From Candidatus Pacearchaeota archaeon (GTDB taxonomy: Archaea > Nanobdellota > Nanobdellia > Pacearchaeales > UBA284), in contig CP061211.1 of NCBI GenBank assembly GCA_026016245.1, positions 360,001 through 392,000 of the forward strand: a stretch of DNA of 32,000 bases. Reading direction: 5' to 3'. The position numbers were made by a program, and so were the translations under genes. Below the pieces are notes generated by a model. It saw only the letters and a program-made list of their open reading frames with translations. It did no database searches and had not been told where the DNA came from. This document shows, piece after piece, positions 1 through 8,893 of the stretch. Numbering within the stretch: the stretch's first letter is position 1; every line of letters starts with the position of its first letter.

Positions 1-370
1 TTATAAATTCCTTCATATAACTTTTAAATCCTTCTTTACCTTCATAAATTTCAACTCTTTGTTCTTCTTTTGGTTTTTTTTCTAAAGAAAGAAGTCTAGG
101 TAAAATCTCTTTAACCAAATTTTCTTTTTCTTGAAGATTTTTTAATAATGTTCTAGGATTTGCTGCTCTAAAATATTTTTTTCCAGATTTAATAACATAA
201 CTAACAAGACCTTTGTTGATAAGTCGTTTTAGGGTATCATACACATAGGGTCTATATAATGTGGTTTTATGGGCAATCTCTGTTGCTGTTGACTGACCTA
301 ATTCAATTAAGTTTAAATAAATTTTAATTTCATTATTACTTAAACCAACTTTTCTAAGTTGTTCTTCCAT
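1..370 (-). CDS. TrmB-like winged-helix transcriptional regulator (partial; 3' end runs off the left window edge)
   Basis: Absent from the ORF track because no stop lies inside the window. My translation from the ATG at 370-368 gives MEEQLRKVGLSNNEIKIYLNLIELGQSTATEIAHKTTLYRPYVYDTLKRLINKGLVSYVIKSGKKYFRAANP... This matches the TrmB-family N-terminal HTH pattern (GLSxxExKxYxxLxxxGxxTAxEIA...VYxxLxxLxxKGLV). Confidence 0.65.
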   Translation of the reverse strand, partial: MEEQLRKVGLSNNEIKIYLNLIELGQSTATEIAHKTTLYRPYVYDTLKRLINKGLVSYVIKSGKKYFRAANPRTLLKNLQEKENLVKEILPRLLSLEKKPKEEQRVEIYEGKEGFKSYMKEFI

Positions 371-420
371 ATAATAATTAATTTTTTTCTCTTTAAAAAA
401 GTTGTCATTTTTAAAACGAC

Positions 421-434
421 AAAGATTTATATAC
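421..434 (+). promoter_or_regulatory. BRE/TATA-like element for the radical SAM gene
   Basis: aaagatttatatac ends 22 nt upstream of the ATG at 456. Confidence 0.4.
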
Positions 435-455
435 TGAAAAGCTTGTTACTCAAAA

Positions 456-1859
456 ATGAGGATTTGTGTAATAGCACCAAGGACAGGCAAGGAATTATCC
501 AGGCAAGTTCCTATAATAAGAGAACCTTTAGGTGCTTGTTGTATATCAGCTTATTTAAAAAAATATGGTTATGAATCTAAAGTGATACACCAAGTAGAGA
601 TGGTTGATGATGACGTTTTATATAAAGTTAAAGAATTCAAAGCAGATATTGTCGGTATTTCAACATGGTCATATAATTTCAATGCTGGCAAAAGAATAGC
701 AAAATTAATTAAATCTAGATATAAAGATATTCCAATAATTTTCGGTGGTGATCATGTTACAGCCTGTCCTGAAGTTGTAAAAGGAGATTGCATAGATTAT
801 GTGGTGATTGGTGAAGGTGAAACCACAATGTTAGAATTAGTTAAAGCCTTAGAGGGTAAGAGAGATATAAATTCTGTAGATGGCATAGCTTATTATAAAA
901 ATAAAGAAATTAAATTAACAAAATCAAGAAAAAGAATTAGAAATTTAGATGAATTGCCTTTTCCTGATAGAGAAGACTTGCCAATGGAAAAATATAGGGC
1001 TACTAAGCATGATTGTAGTCTTGTTTATCCTCCTGGACAGCAAATAGGAACTCAACATACTTCAAGAGGTTGCAGATATAAGTGTACTTTCTGTTCTACA
1101 CCAGTAACTTGGCCAGGAATGTGGGTTGCTAGATCTGCTAAAAATGTAGTGGATGAAACAGAAGATTTGTTGGACAACCACAATGTCAAAAGTATTTTCT
1201 TTTGTGATGAGGATTTTATGTGTAATATTGAAAGGATATATCAAATATGTGATGAGATTAAAAAAAGAAACCTTAAATTTAACTGGCTTTGTTTTTCAAA
1301 AGTTACTGATGTAAACAAAGATATCTTAAAAGCTATGAAAGATGCTGGTTGTACAAGAGTATTTTATGGAATAGAAAGTTGTGATAATATAACATTAAAA
1401 AAATTACATAAAGGCACAAATTTAAAGAAGATAATAAAGACATTTGAAATAACCGAAGAAATTGGACTTGATGTTTGGGGCACTTATATGGCGGGATACC
1501 CATGGGAAGATGAAAAGACTCTTCTAAAGTCACTAGGAAAACTAAAGGAAATGCCCATAGATTACTTATATCTTACTTTTTTAACTCCTTTTCCAGGTAC
1601 AGAAATTTATAAATATTGCAAAGAGAATAATTTGTTGCTTAATGAAAATTTTGATGATTATGATTGTAGTAAACCTATAATAAAAACACAAATTCCACCT
1701 AACAGATTACAAAAAATTCTATCAGAGTTTGAATATGAATTTTATACTAGTAATAGTTATATGTTGAGAGCTCACGAAAAGATAGAAAAAAATCCGCGAC
1801 TTAAAGAAATATATAATAAATTTTTTAAAAATATGGTAAAAGAGTTAAATAAAATCTAA
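456..1859 (+). CDS. B12-binding domain radical SAM protein (class B rSAM)
   Basis: 467-aa ORF. The N-terminal Rossmann-like region (ADIVGISTW...IPIIFGGDHVT) is typical of the cobalamin-binding domain. It is followed by the CxxxCxxC radical SAM cluster motif SRGCRYKCTFCS. Confidence 0.85.
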   Translation: MRICVIAPRTGKELSRQVPIIREPLGACCISAYLKKYGYESKVIHQVEMVDDDVLYKVKEFKADIVGISTWSYNFNAGKRIAKLIKSRYKDIPIIFGGDHVTACPEVVKGDCIDYVVIGEGETTMLELVKALEGKRDINSVDGIAYYKNKEIKLTKSRKRIRNLDELPFPDREDLPMEKYRATKHDCSLVYPPGQQIGTQHTSRGCRYKCTFCSTPVTWPGMWVARSAKNVVDETEDLLDNHNVKSIFFCDEDFMCNIERIYQICDEIKKRNLKFNWLCFSKVTDVNKDILKAMKDAGCTRVFYGIESCDNITLKKLHKGTNLKKIIKTFEITEEIGLDVWGTYMAGYPWEDEKTLLKSLGKLKEMPIDYLYLTFLTPFPGTEIYKYCKENNLLLNENFDDYDCSKPIIKTQIPPNRLQKILSEFEYEFYTSNSYMLRAHEKIEKNPRLKEIYNKFFKNMVKELNKI

Positions 1860-2533
1860 GATTTTTCTAGAATTTGTGCTTTAATATCTTGTTCTTTGCA
1901 AAGTTTGACAAATTTTTCTGCATCACTCCTTGAGCCAACTATTGCGCCATAATGCATTGGAATAGCAAGAGTTGGTTTTATTATTGAAGCTGCTTTTGCA
2001 GCTTCTTCTGCATTCATTGTGTAAGTGCCCCCTATAGGCAGGAAGATTATGAATGTGTTTCCTTTTTTTGCATAACCTGTTAATTTTTCCATTTCCTTGA
2101 TTATATCAGTATCACCAGCATGATAAATAACTAGGTTATCTGTCTGTATGATGTAACCAACCCATCCTTCTGATTTGGGATGAAATTTCTTATTAGGGTT
2201 GTAAGCTTCTATAGCCCTTATCTTAATACTATCAGCTGCTATTTCCATGCCTGGCTCTATTAATTCAAGTCTAATTTTTTCTCCTAACCTAGCTATCTTA
2301 CTCTGGCTGTCTGCTGTGCATATAATTATTGTCCCATCCTTCACTATTTTTTGAATATCTTGCTGAGAACAGTGATCATAGTGGCTATGTGTGATAAGAA
2401 TGAAATCTGCTTTTTCTGATTTCTCTTTTGTAGTTGTTAATTGATAAGGATCTATATAAATGACTTTTTCTTCTGTATTAATCTTGACTGTTGAGTGCCC
2501 AAGCCATTCTATATTTGTGGAATTGATTTTCAT
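1856..2533 (-). CDS. MBL-fold metal-dependent hydrolase (UPF0173-like)
   Basis: 225-aa ORF with the metallo-beta-lactamase HxHxDH motif (ILITHSHYDH) and downstream His/Asp ligands (YHAGDT, PMHYG). Its stop overlaps the convergent rSAM stop by 4 nt. Confidence 0.8.
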   Translation of the reverse strand: MKINSTNIEWLGHSTVKINTEEKVIYIDPYQLTTTKEKSEKADFILITHSHYDHCSQQDIQKIVKDGTIIICTADSQSKIARLGEKIRLELIEPGMEIAADSIKIRAIEAYNPNKKFHPKSEGWVGYIIQTDNLVIYHAGDTDIIKEMEKLTGYAKKGNTFIIFLPIGGTYTMNAEEAAKAASIIKPTLAIPMHYGAIVGSRSDAEKFVKLCKEQDIKAQILEKS

Positions 2534-2547
2534 TTTTTCTTTTGTTT

Positions 2548-3843
2548 TTATGGCTTGTATCTCGCCATAGTTCTTGGGAAAGGAATCGCATCTCTGATAT
2601 GTTCAAGTTTACAGAGCCATGAAATAACTCGTTCAACACCAAGGCCAAAACCAGAGTGTGGAATGCTTCCGTAACGTCTAGTATCAAGATAAAATTTATA
2701 ATTTTCAACTTTCTCCCCAGCTGCTTTGAGTGATTTGATAAGTTCTTTGATATTTGTATCTCTTTCACTCCCTCCAATTAGCTCGCCATAACCTTCTGGA
2801 GCAAGCAAGTCAAAGCAACGAGCTGTTTTTGGATTTTTCTTATCTCGAGGCTTATAAAAAGCCATGATCTCTTTTGGATAATGTGTAACAAAAACTGGTG
2901 TATCAAAAAGTTCTGTTAGTCTGTCTTCTTCTATTGTCCTTAAATCCTTACCCCAAGAAATTTTCATCTTCTTTTTTTCTTTGAGAAGCTTGAGAGCCTG
3001 ATCATAGGTTATTCTCGGCCATTTTTTCTTTATAGCTGTCTGTAAGGATTTTGTATCTCGTTTTAATACTTCTAGTTCATGTTTATTTTTTTCAAGAACT
3101 CTTTTTATTATATGCTTAACAAGACCCTCTGAAAAATCAATAAGATTATCAAGGTTAAACCATGCTGCTTCTACTTCAGCATGCCAGTATTCTGCTAAAT
3201 GTCTTGAGGTTTTTGATCTCTCAGCTCTGAAGCTTGGTGCTATGGTATAAAGTTTTTCAAGGCTAAACATTCCTGCTTCAGCATAAAACTGCCATGTTTG
3301 AGTTAGGTAAAGTGGCTTTCCAAAAAAATCTACTTTAAATTGTGAAGGGCCTGCTTCAGCTGCTCCACTTGTTAGAATAGGAGATTGAAACTCATAAAAT
3401 CCTTTGCTTCTACAGTATTCATGTATTGCTCTGAAAACAGTGCTTCTTACTTTTAGTGAGGATTGCATCTTTGGATCCCTAAGCCATAGATGACGCCAAT
3501 CAAGAAGAAGCTCTGGACTGAGATACTGCTTTCTAACTGGAATAGGATATTTTTCTGCAATGTGGATTATATTTAATCTGGATATTAAAAGTTCATAACC
3601 AGTTGGAGCTCTTTTATCCTGTCTTAAAATTCCAGAGATTTCTATGCTACTTTCTATGGTTAGTTTGTTGGCATCTTTCCATGTTTTTGATTTTTCTTCA
3701 ATTATGCACTGGATAATATTGCTAGAATCCCTGAGGACAATGAAAATCTTGTCTTTTAATTTTCTAAGCTGATAAACCCAACCTCTAAGATCTACTGTTC
3801 CTCTTTTTTTATCAAGTGCTTGCTGCACCGAAATAAACCTCAT
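2548..3843 (-). CDS. asnS: Asparagine--tRNA ligase (class IIb)
   Basis: 431 aa. N-terminal OB fold (VDLRGWVYQLR), motif 2 SFRAERSKTSRHLAEYWHAEVEAAW and motif 3 GFGLGVERVISWL. The AsnRS-specific C-terminal block LAPEGYGELIGGSERD...YLDTRRYGSIPHSGFGLGVERV...FPRT closely resembles archaeal and bacterial AsnRS rather than AspRS. Confidence 0.9.
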   Translation of the reverse strand: MRFISVQQALDKKRGTVDLRGWVYQLRKLKDKIFIVLRDSSNIIQCIIEEKSKTWKDANKLTIESSIEISGILRQDKRAPTGYELLISRLNIIHIAEKYPIPVRKQYLSPELLLDWRHLWLRDPKMQSSLKVRSTVFRAIHEYCRSKGFYEFQSPILTSGAAEAGPSQFKVDFFGKPLYLTQTWQFYAEAGMFSLEKLYTIAPSFRAERSKTSRHLAEYWHAEVEAAWFNLDNLIDFSEGLVKHIIKRVLEKNKHELEVLKRDTKSLQTAIKKKWPRITYDQALKLLKEKKKMKISWGKDLRTIEEDRLTELFDTPVFVTHYPKEIMAFYKPRDKKNPKTARCFDLLAPEGYGELIGGSERDTNIKELIKSLKAAGEKVENYKFYLDTRRYGSIPHSGFGLGVERVISWLCKLEHIRDAIPFPRTMARYKP

Positions 3844-3862
3844 AAATGTAAAAGATAAAGAA

Positions 3863-3878
3863 GATATTTAAAGTTTTT
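3863..3878 (-). promoter_or_regulatory. BRE/TATA-like element for asnS
   Basis: The minus strand reads aaaaactttaaatatc. The TTTAAA centre lies about 26 nt from the ATG at 3843. Confidence 0.45.
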
Positions 3879-3890
3879 GAGTTTATTTGT

Positions 3891-5336
3891 TTATTCTTCA
3901 GGTTCACCCATTACTAGAAGAGAATTTGAAGAAACTACCTTTCTCATGTCTTTTTTATTGATATAACTAACAACTGCTTTTGGAATTGTTATTGTGCCTA
4001 CTGGAACTACCTTGCTATAGATAATGTAAGAAACAACTCTTTCTTCTCCAGGCATCAAATCTCCAAATTTCCAGAAAAGAGTGTTTTTCTCAATTTTATC
4101 AGGTTTAGAAGCTCCGAATCTCTCATAAATCTTAAGCATGTGAGGAAGCCTATCAGTACATTTAACATTGGTGATTTGTTGGCCAATATTCTTGACCAAC
4201 AATACTAGTTTAATAGCAAATTCCCCGCCTTTTGTTTGAATCTTGAAAGCTTTTTTCTTTACAATAAGTCTTGGTCTTTTAACAAGATAAATTCCTACTG
4301 CTACGATAATGATTAGAATAAGAATTATTATTGGAATTGTATAATCAGTATGAATCTCAACACTAAAAGATTCTCCTGGTTCAAGTTCTCTTTGCCATTT
4401 CATGCTTACGATTGCACCTGAAGGCTCCTCAGATGTTGGGGGAATACTTGAAGAAGTAAATCCATGCTCAAATTTGTTCTTGATTATTTCTATTGTAACA
4501 AACTTTGGACTATTACCCTCATTTTTCTTTGTTATAGTCTTAGTAAAACCAAAGAAAGTGAATTTGCTACTCTCATCTGTTTTTATGCTCGTGATTTCTT
4601 CTAGTGTAATTATTTTCTTCACAACATGCTCATATTCATCATTAATTAAAAATTTCAATTCAGCTTCATAATCACCTGCTTTTGATGTCTTTAGTTTTCC
4701 TGTATCAAGCTCTAGTTCTATTTTTTGCGAAGATTTTGGTTCAAGGGAAAAAGTTTGTTCTGTTGTAGAAAATTCTGATTCAAAAGTAAATTGGATTTCC
4801 CCAAGATTAATATTTTCTTTATTTTTAACATCAAAAACCAAGACAGAATCATCTCTAGCTATGCTGGTAGGAACATCTGCACTTATAATTTTTTCAAGAG
4901 ATAATATTTTTATGGTAAAACTATCTTCAATCACTCCTGTCCTATCTGCCTTGAGATAATATTGTACTTTACATGTTCCTTCTCCACATCTCTCTTTTAA
5001 AATATCATAAGGGAGCAGGATTACAGTAAATGTAGTTTCTAGACCAGCTGGGACACTTTGGGTAGAAGCTGGTCCAAGTGAGGCTTCTAATAGAGTATAT
5101 ATCTTAAAAAAATCATCATAATTATTAGGATTTTTAATCGTGACATTATATTCTGCTGGAATATTTACTTCTTCCATTGTCACAACATCATAAATTGCTA
5201 CTTTCTCAATAATCAAAGTATTATTTTGAGCCTGAATAAAAGGCAGAGAGAATAGTAAAATTGTAAAAACCAAATAGAATAAAGTCATTTTTTTCATATC
5301 TTGTGTAAGTTTGATTTCTTTAAATATTTTTTGCAT
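3891..5336 (-). CDS. Membrane protein: signal peptide, beta-rich ectodomain, one TM helix, C-terminal DUF11/CARDB-like domain
   Basis: 481-aa ORF starting 2 nt after the rad50 stop. Signal-like N-terminus (MTLFYLVFTILLFSLPFIQAQ) and a TM helix IPIIILILIIIVAVGIYLV followed by KRPR. The C-terminal segment VKNIGQQITNVKCTDRLP...WKFGDLMPGEERVVSYIIY resembles the archaeal conserved repeat (DUF11-type) beta-sandwich. Function unknown. Confidence 0.6.
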   Translation of the reverse strand: MQKIFKEIKLTQDMKKMTLFYLVFTILLFSLPFIQAQNNTLIIEKVAIYDVVTMEEVNIPAEYNVTIKNPNNYDDFFKIYTLLEASLGPASTQSVPAGLETTFTVILLPYDILKERCGEGTCKVQYYLKADRTGVIEDSFTIKILSLEKIISADVPTSIARDDSVLVFDVKNKENINLGEIQFTFESEFSTTEQTFSLEPKSSQKIELELDTGKLKTSKAGDYEAELKFLINDEYEHVVKKIITLEEITSIKTDESSKFTFFGFTKTITKKNEGNSPKFVTIEIIKNKFEHGFTSSSIPPTSEEPSGAIVSMKWQRELEPGESFSVEIHTDYTIPIIILILIIIVAVGIYLVKRPRLIVKKKAFKIQTKGGEFAIKLVLLVKNIGQQITNVKCTDRLPHMLKIYERFGASKPDKIEKNTLFWKFGDLMPGEERVVSYIIYSKVVPVGTITIPKAVVSYINKKDMRKVVSSNSLLVMGEPEE

Positions 5337-5338
5337 TT

Positions 5339-7390
5339 TTATACAACATGACTGATATGATTCTGTTTTTTGAAATTTATAACATGCTCTACAAAAGATT
5401 CTACTTTTGATTCATGACTGACAAGAATAAGCTGTTCAGTTTTTAGCTCATGCAATACATTTCTCATCTTATCCAGCTGTTCTGTTGAAAAACCATCAGT
5501 TGGCTCATCCAATATCAATAAATTACGTGTTTTTATTTTACTAAGCATGGAATTAATCACCTGGTTCAAGGAAAGCCTATATGCTAATGCAAGAGCTGTT
5601 TTTTCGCCGCCACTCAGGTAATTATAATTAATCTCATAACCTCCTTGCTCTATGATTGGCGTAAATTCAGGGTCAATCCTTGCATCTAAGTTTGGGTCAT
5701 CTACAAGCATCATAAACCATTTCCTGAACAAAGCATTAAATTCAGCATTAAGTTTCAACATCACTTGTTTTTCCATCATCTCAACAACGACAGAAAAATT
5801 CTCTGTCAAAAAGTTTTCAAATTTTTGTAATTCTATTAATTTTTGAGCTACTTTTTCCTTATCCCAAATTTCTTTTTTTATCTCACTAATTTCCTGTTTA
5901 ATATCTGCCAAGCCTTGTTCAAAACCAGCTTTTTCCATCAACAGAATTTTTTCTTTTCTCTGCATATCCTCTAAGATTTCCAGGGTTTTTTCATGCTCTT
6001 TCTCCATATTTTTATATTTTTTAATCATCTCTGTCTCAAACTCCTTTATTTTTTCTAATCCAGATATTTTTTTTCTTATATCAGTTTTAGAATTAGAAAT
6101 CTTTAGTTTTCTTACGCCTCTCTCCTGAAGTTCTTTTAGTTTAAGTTCTAGAGTAAGGGCTTTTTTTTCTTCTTCAGCTATTTTTTTTAGTTCTGACTCT
6201 ATTTTTTCTATATCTTTTTTTAATTCTTCAAGAGAGGGCTTTTTTCTTTGAAGCTCTTTTTCTATCTTTTCTAGTTCCTGATTTATATCTGTCACAATAT
6301 GATCGCGATGGCTTGATTCTACTTTCTGCTTACACACTGGACAGAATTTAAGTTTTGAGATTCTTCCTAGATCTTCTAGAAATTTTTCTTTTTTGACTGT
6401 AAGCATTGTGATTTGCCTGTCAATAATTTTTTCGTTGTCTCTTCCATTCTTCAATAAAATCTCATTCTCAAATTTTATCTTTGCTAGATTCTTTTTAACA
6501 GGGCTTTTTATTTCTGATTTGAACTGTTTTATTGTCTTATCTAACTCTTGCTCCTCTTTTTCAAGTTCCTGGAGCTTAGTATTTTTTTCTTTAAGTTCTG
6601 TTTCTATTCCTGTTATTTTTATTTTTGTCTTGTTTAGAATATCAATATTTTTCTGCTCTTCTTTTAGTTTATCTTTCAAATCTCTGATTTTTTGCTGCAA
6701 TTTTGACAAGGAGGGTTTTGTTATTTCAACTTTTCTAACCAAGTCTTTTCCTGACTCTATTTTCTTTTTTAATTGCTCTTTTTTGAAAGGAAGATCAATA
6801 AGTCGGCCTTCTTTTTCTTTTTTCTTTTCCTTGATTTCAGAAACAAATATCTCACTATTGTTTAGAATTCTTTTATATTTGTCAATATCAAAAACTTTTC
6901 TTAGTGTATCAAGTCTAGATTCATTTTCCTCAAGCATGATTCTTTTCATCTCTTCTTGAGGTGTATAAACAGTATATCTGTAAATAAGATTCTTTTTCTT
7001 TAAAAGAGAAGAGGGATAGTTTAATATCCCTAAAATAAAACTTTTCAATTCTGTAGCTGTAAGCTCTTTCTTTTTCCCATCAACCATAAGGATAGCATTT
7101 GATTGGGCCACTGAATTTTTTGACCTCTTTAAATTCCTTCTTATCATTATCTCATGTTTCCCTATACTAATCTCTAGCTCAACATAACCTTCCTTTTTTC
7201 CATTCCTCAAAATTGATGAGCCATCCATGATTCCTCTTTGAAGTCCAAAAAGAGCGAATTCTATAGCAAAAAGAACAGTACTTTTTCCAGAACCTATATC
7301 TCCACTTAATAAAACCTTTCCTTTAGGAAGAGTGATTGTTTCATCAAGATAGCTTCTTATGTTATGTAGCTCTATTTTTTTGATTATCAT
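5339..7390 (-). CDS. rad50: DNA double-strand break repair ATPase Rad50 (compact, 683 aa)
   Basis: Walker A GDIGSGKST, long K/E-rich coiled coil, and a central zinc hook CPVC (nt 6332-6343, aa 350-353). ABC signature LSGGEKTALALAYRL, Walker B LLILDEPT and H-loop LVSHE. The ATG lies 1 nt after the mre11 stop. Confidence 0.9.
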   Translation of the reverse strand: MIIKKIELHNIRSYLDETITLPKGKVLLSGDIGSGKSTVLFAIEFALFGLQRGIMDGSSILRNGKKEGYVELEISIGKHEIMIRRNLKRSKNSVAQSNAILMVDGKKKELTATELKSFILGILNYPSSLLKKKNLIYRYTVYTPQEEMKRIMLEENESRLDTLRKVFDIDKYKRILNNSEIFVSEIKEKKKEKEGRLIDLPFKKEQLKKKIESGKDLVRKVEITKPSLSKLQQKIRDLKDKLKEEQKNIDILNKTKIKITGIETELKEKNTKLQELEKEEQELDKTIKQFKSEIKSPVKKNLAKIKFENEILLKNGRDNEKIIDRQITMLTVKKEKFLEDLGRISKLKFCPVCKQKVESSHRDHIVTDINQELEKIEKELQRKKPSLEELKKDIEKIESELKKIAEEEKKALTLELKLKELQERGVRKLKISNSKTDIRKKISGLEKIKEFETEMIKKYKNMEKEHEKTLEILEDMQRKEKILLMEKAGFEQGLADIKQEISEIKKEIWDKEKVAQKLIELQKFENFLTENFSVVVEMMEKQVMLKLNAEFNALFRKWFMMLVDDPNLDARIDPEFTPIIEQGGYEINYNYLSGGEKTALALAYRLSLNQVINSMLSKIKTRNLLILDEPTDGFSTEQLDKMRNVLHELKTEQLILVSHESKVESFVEHVINFKKQNHISHVV

Positions 7391-7391
7391 T

Positions 7392-8621
7392 TTATTTCCA
7401 CAACTCCTCTAGTTTTAGGGCTTTGACAGCTTCCTTTGTAAGCCTTGACGTGAAGATGGATGTAGTTTCTCCTTCTAACTTTTCAATATTAAATATCCTG
7501 AAAAAAGAGGGAAATTTATCTTTGTCTTTTTCTGTGATTATATTTTCTTTTATTGCTGTAATTAGTGAAGCCTTCTCTATTTCCTCTATATTTTTTGTTT
7601 CAATTGCCTGTATTTTTATTTCAAATTCCTTGCTGCTTAGTTTTGAAGTGTTCCTAAGTAAAATATAAGCCCCAATCTCTCCTGCTTTTTCTTCCAAGCT
7701 CATGAAATCAAGTTCTGAAGGTTTTCCTTCCTCTAAGATGCCAGAAATTCTAAGAGTGATGATAGCATCTTTCAGATTATTTTTTTTAAATTCGCTGAGA
7801 ATTTTTTCTTTCAGTGATTGTGGATTTTCCTTGTTTGCATTAATATCTAGATTTATCACTTTTTTTAGGTTTATGGAAACTTTCTTTATACTTTCCTTTT
7901 CTCCATTCTTTTTTTCGATAATCAGAAAATTAGATGTGTGTTGTCGTTCAAGCTCATTAAAATTGCAAGGGAAAAGAGAGCCAGGATAGACAGCTATTTT
8001 TTCTTGATTATATATTTTAGGGGAGTGTATATGGCCTAAAGCATAATAATCAAAACCAAGGGGCAGGTCTTTGATAGACAAAGCATCTATTTTATCAGTC
8101 AGAGATTGGGAAAGAAGTTCGAAAACAGAAGTATGTAACAAAAGGATACTGTAGATATTTTTTTCTTTTTTTAATAAAGAAATTTTCTCATTTAGTTTTT
8201 TAAAATAATCTCTATGTTCATTGATTTCTTTCTGTTCAAACCCTCCTTTTTTGCCAGCTATTCCATAAAGTAGTACATTTCCTTGAATAATTTCTTCTCT
8301 TTGAGATAGATCTACACAAAGACCAGCTTTATCAAGAACAGAAATCATGTTCTTCCCACTAACACTGTAATCGTGAGAGCCAGGAACAACATAACAAATT
8401 ATTCCTTTTTCTTTTATTTTTCTAAGTTTTTCTGCCACTGTTTTTAATATTTCAATTGATGGGACAGCTGTATCGAAAAGATCACCCACAATAAGAAGGA
8501 AGTCAACACATTCAGAAATGCATTTATTAATAGCTTTTTCAAATGCCTCTATATTCAAAGCCCTCATGTTGGGCTGTCGCCATGAACCAAGATGGCAATC
8601 AGCGATGTGAGCAAATTTCAT
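7392..8621 (-). CDS. mre11: DNA double-strand break repair nuclease Mre11
   Basis: Calcineurin-like phosphoesterase motifs in canonical order: HIADCHLG, GDLFD, PGSHD, LLLHT, GHIH. Immediately upstream of rad50. Confidence 0.9.
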   Translation of the reverse strand: MKFAHIADCHLGSWRQPNMRALNIEAFEKAINKCISECVDFLLIVGDLFDTAVPSIEILKTVAEKLRKIKEKGIICYVVPGSHDYSVSGKNMISVLDKAGLCVDLSQREEIIQGNVLLYGIAGKKGGFEQKEINEHRDYFKKLNEKISLLKKEKNIYSILLLHTSVFELLSQSLTDKIDALSIKDLPLGFDYYALGHIHSPKIYNQEKIAVYPGSLFPCNFNELERQHTSNFLIIEKKNGEKESIKKVSINLKKVINLDINANKENPQSLKEKILSEFKKNNLKDAIITLRISGILEEGKPSELDFMSLEEKAGEIGAYILLRNTSKLSSKEFEIKIQAIETKNIEEIEKASLITAIKENIITEKDKDKFPSFFRIFNIEKLEGETTSIFTSRLTKEAVKALKLEELWK

Positions 8622-8683
8622 TTTCTTCTTTTTACCCTAGCCTTAAAAATATAATAAACAAAACTAAATAAATTTATGTAAGT

Positions 8684-8893
8684 TTATGGGCTTGGAGGTG
8701 GGAGAGGTTTAAATTTTGGTTTGGGAATGAATTCTTTCTTGACTCTTAATTCTTCTATGACTTTGGCTGCTTTTTCAACCTCTTCCCTCTTATAACCTGC
8801 ATTCAAGAGGCTTTTCTTAGCATCCTCAAGAGTTTCGCCTCTTTCTAGAGCATTCCTTAAAGCTGCTATTAAATCTTCTTCAGCCATTTTCAA
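8684..8893 (-). CDS. Small hypothetical protein (helical, Pro-rich tail)
   Basis: The track ORF starts at a TTG that overlaps the RNase J stop (TTGA). An ATG at 8887 (MAEEDLIAALRNALERGETLEDAKK...) is the more likely start, 2 nt after the RNase J stop. C-terminus KPKFKPLPPPSP. No family recognised. Confidence 0.45.
   Translation of the reverse strand: MKMAEEDLIAALRNALERGETLEDAKKSLLNAGYKREEVEKAAKVIEELRVKKEFIPKPKFKPLPPPSP

Noticed and set aside
6393-6959. 188-aa + strand ORF antisense to rad50. Similar antisense ORFs lie at 5652-5846, 7423-7668 and 7702-7989.
   Set aside because: S/F/L-rich low-complexity translation is the mirror image of K/E-rich coiled-coil codons (GAA/AAG read as TTC/CTT). 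It lies entirely inside well-supported rad50 and mre11 genes.
5339-8621. Whether the Mre11/Rad50 pair is really an SbcCD-like or defence-associated SMC/nuclease module rather than housekeeping repair genes
   Set aside because: The centred CPVC zinc hook, a full set of Rad50 ABC motifs, canonical Mre11 phosphoesterase motifs and the surrounding core genes fit the housekeeping archaeal complex. No additional defence-type partners are present.
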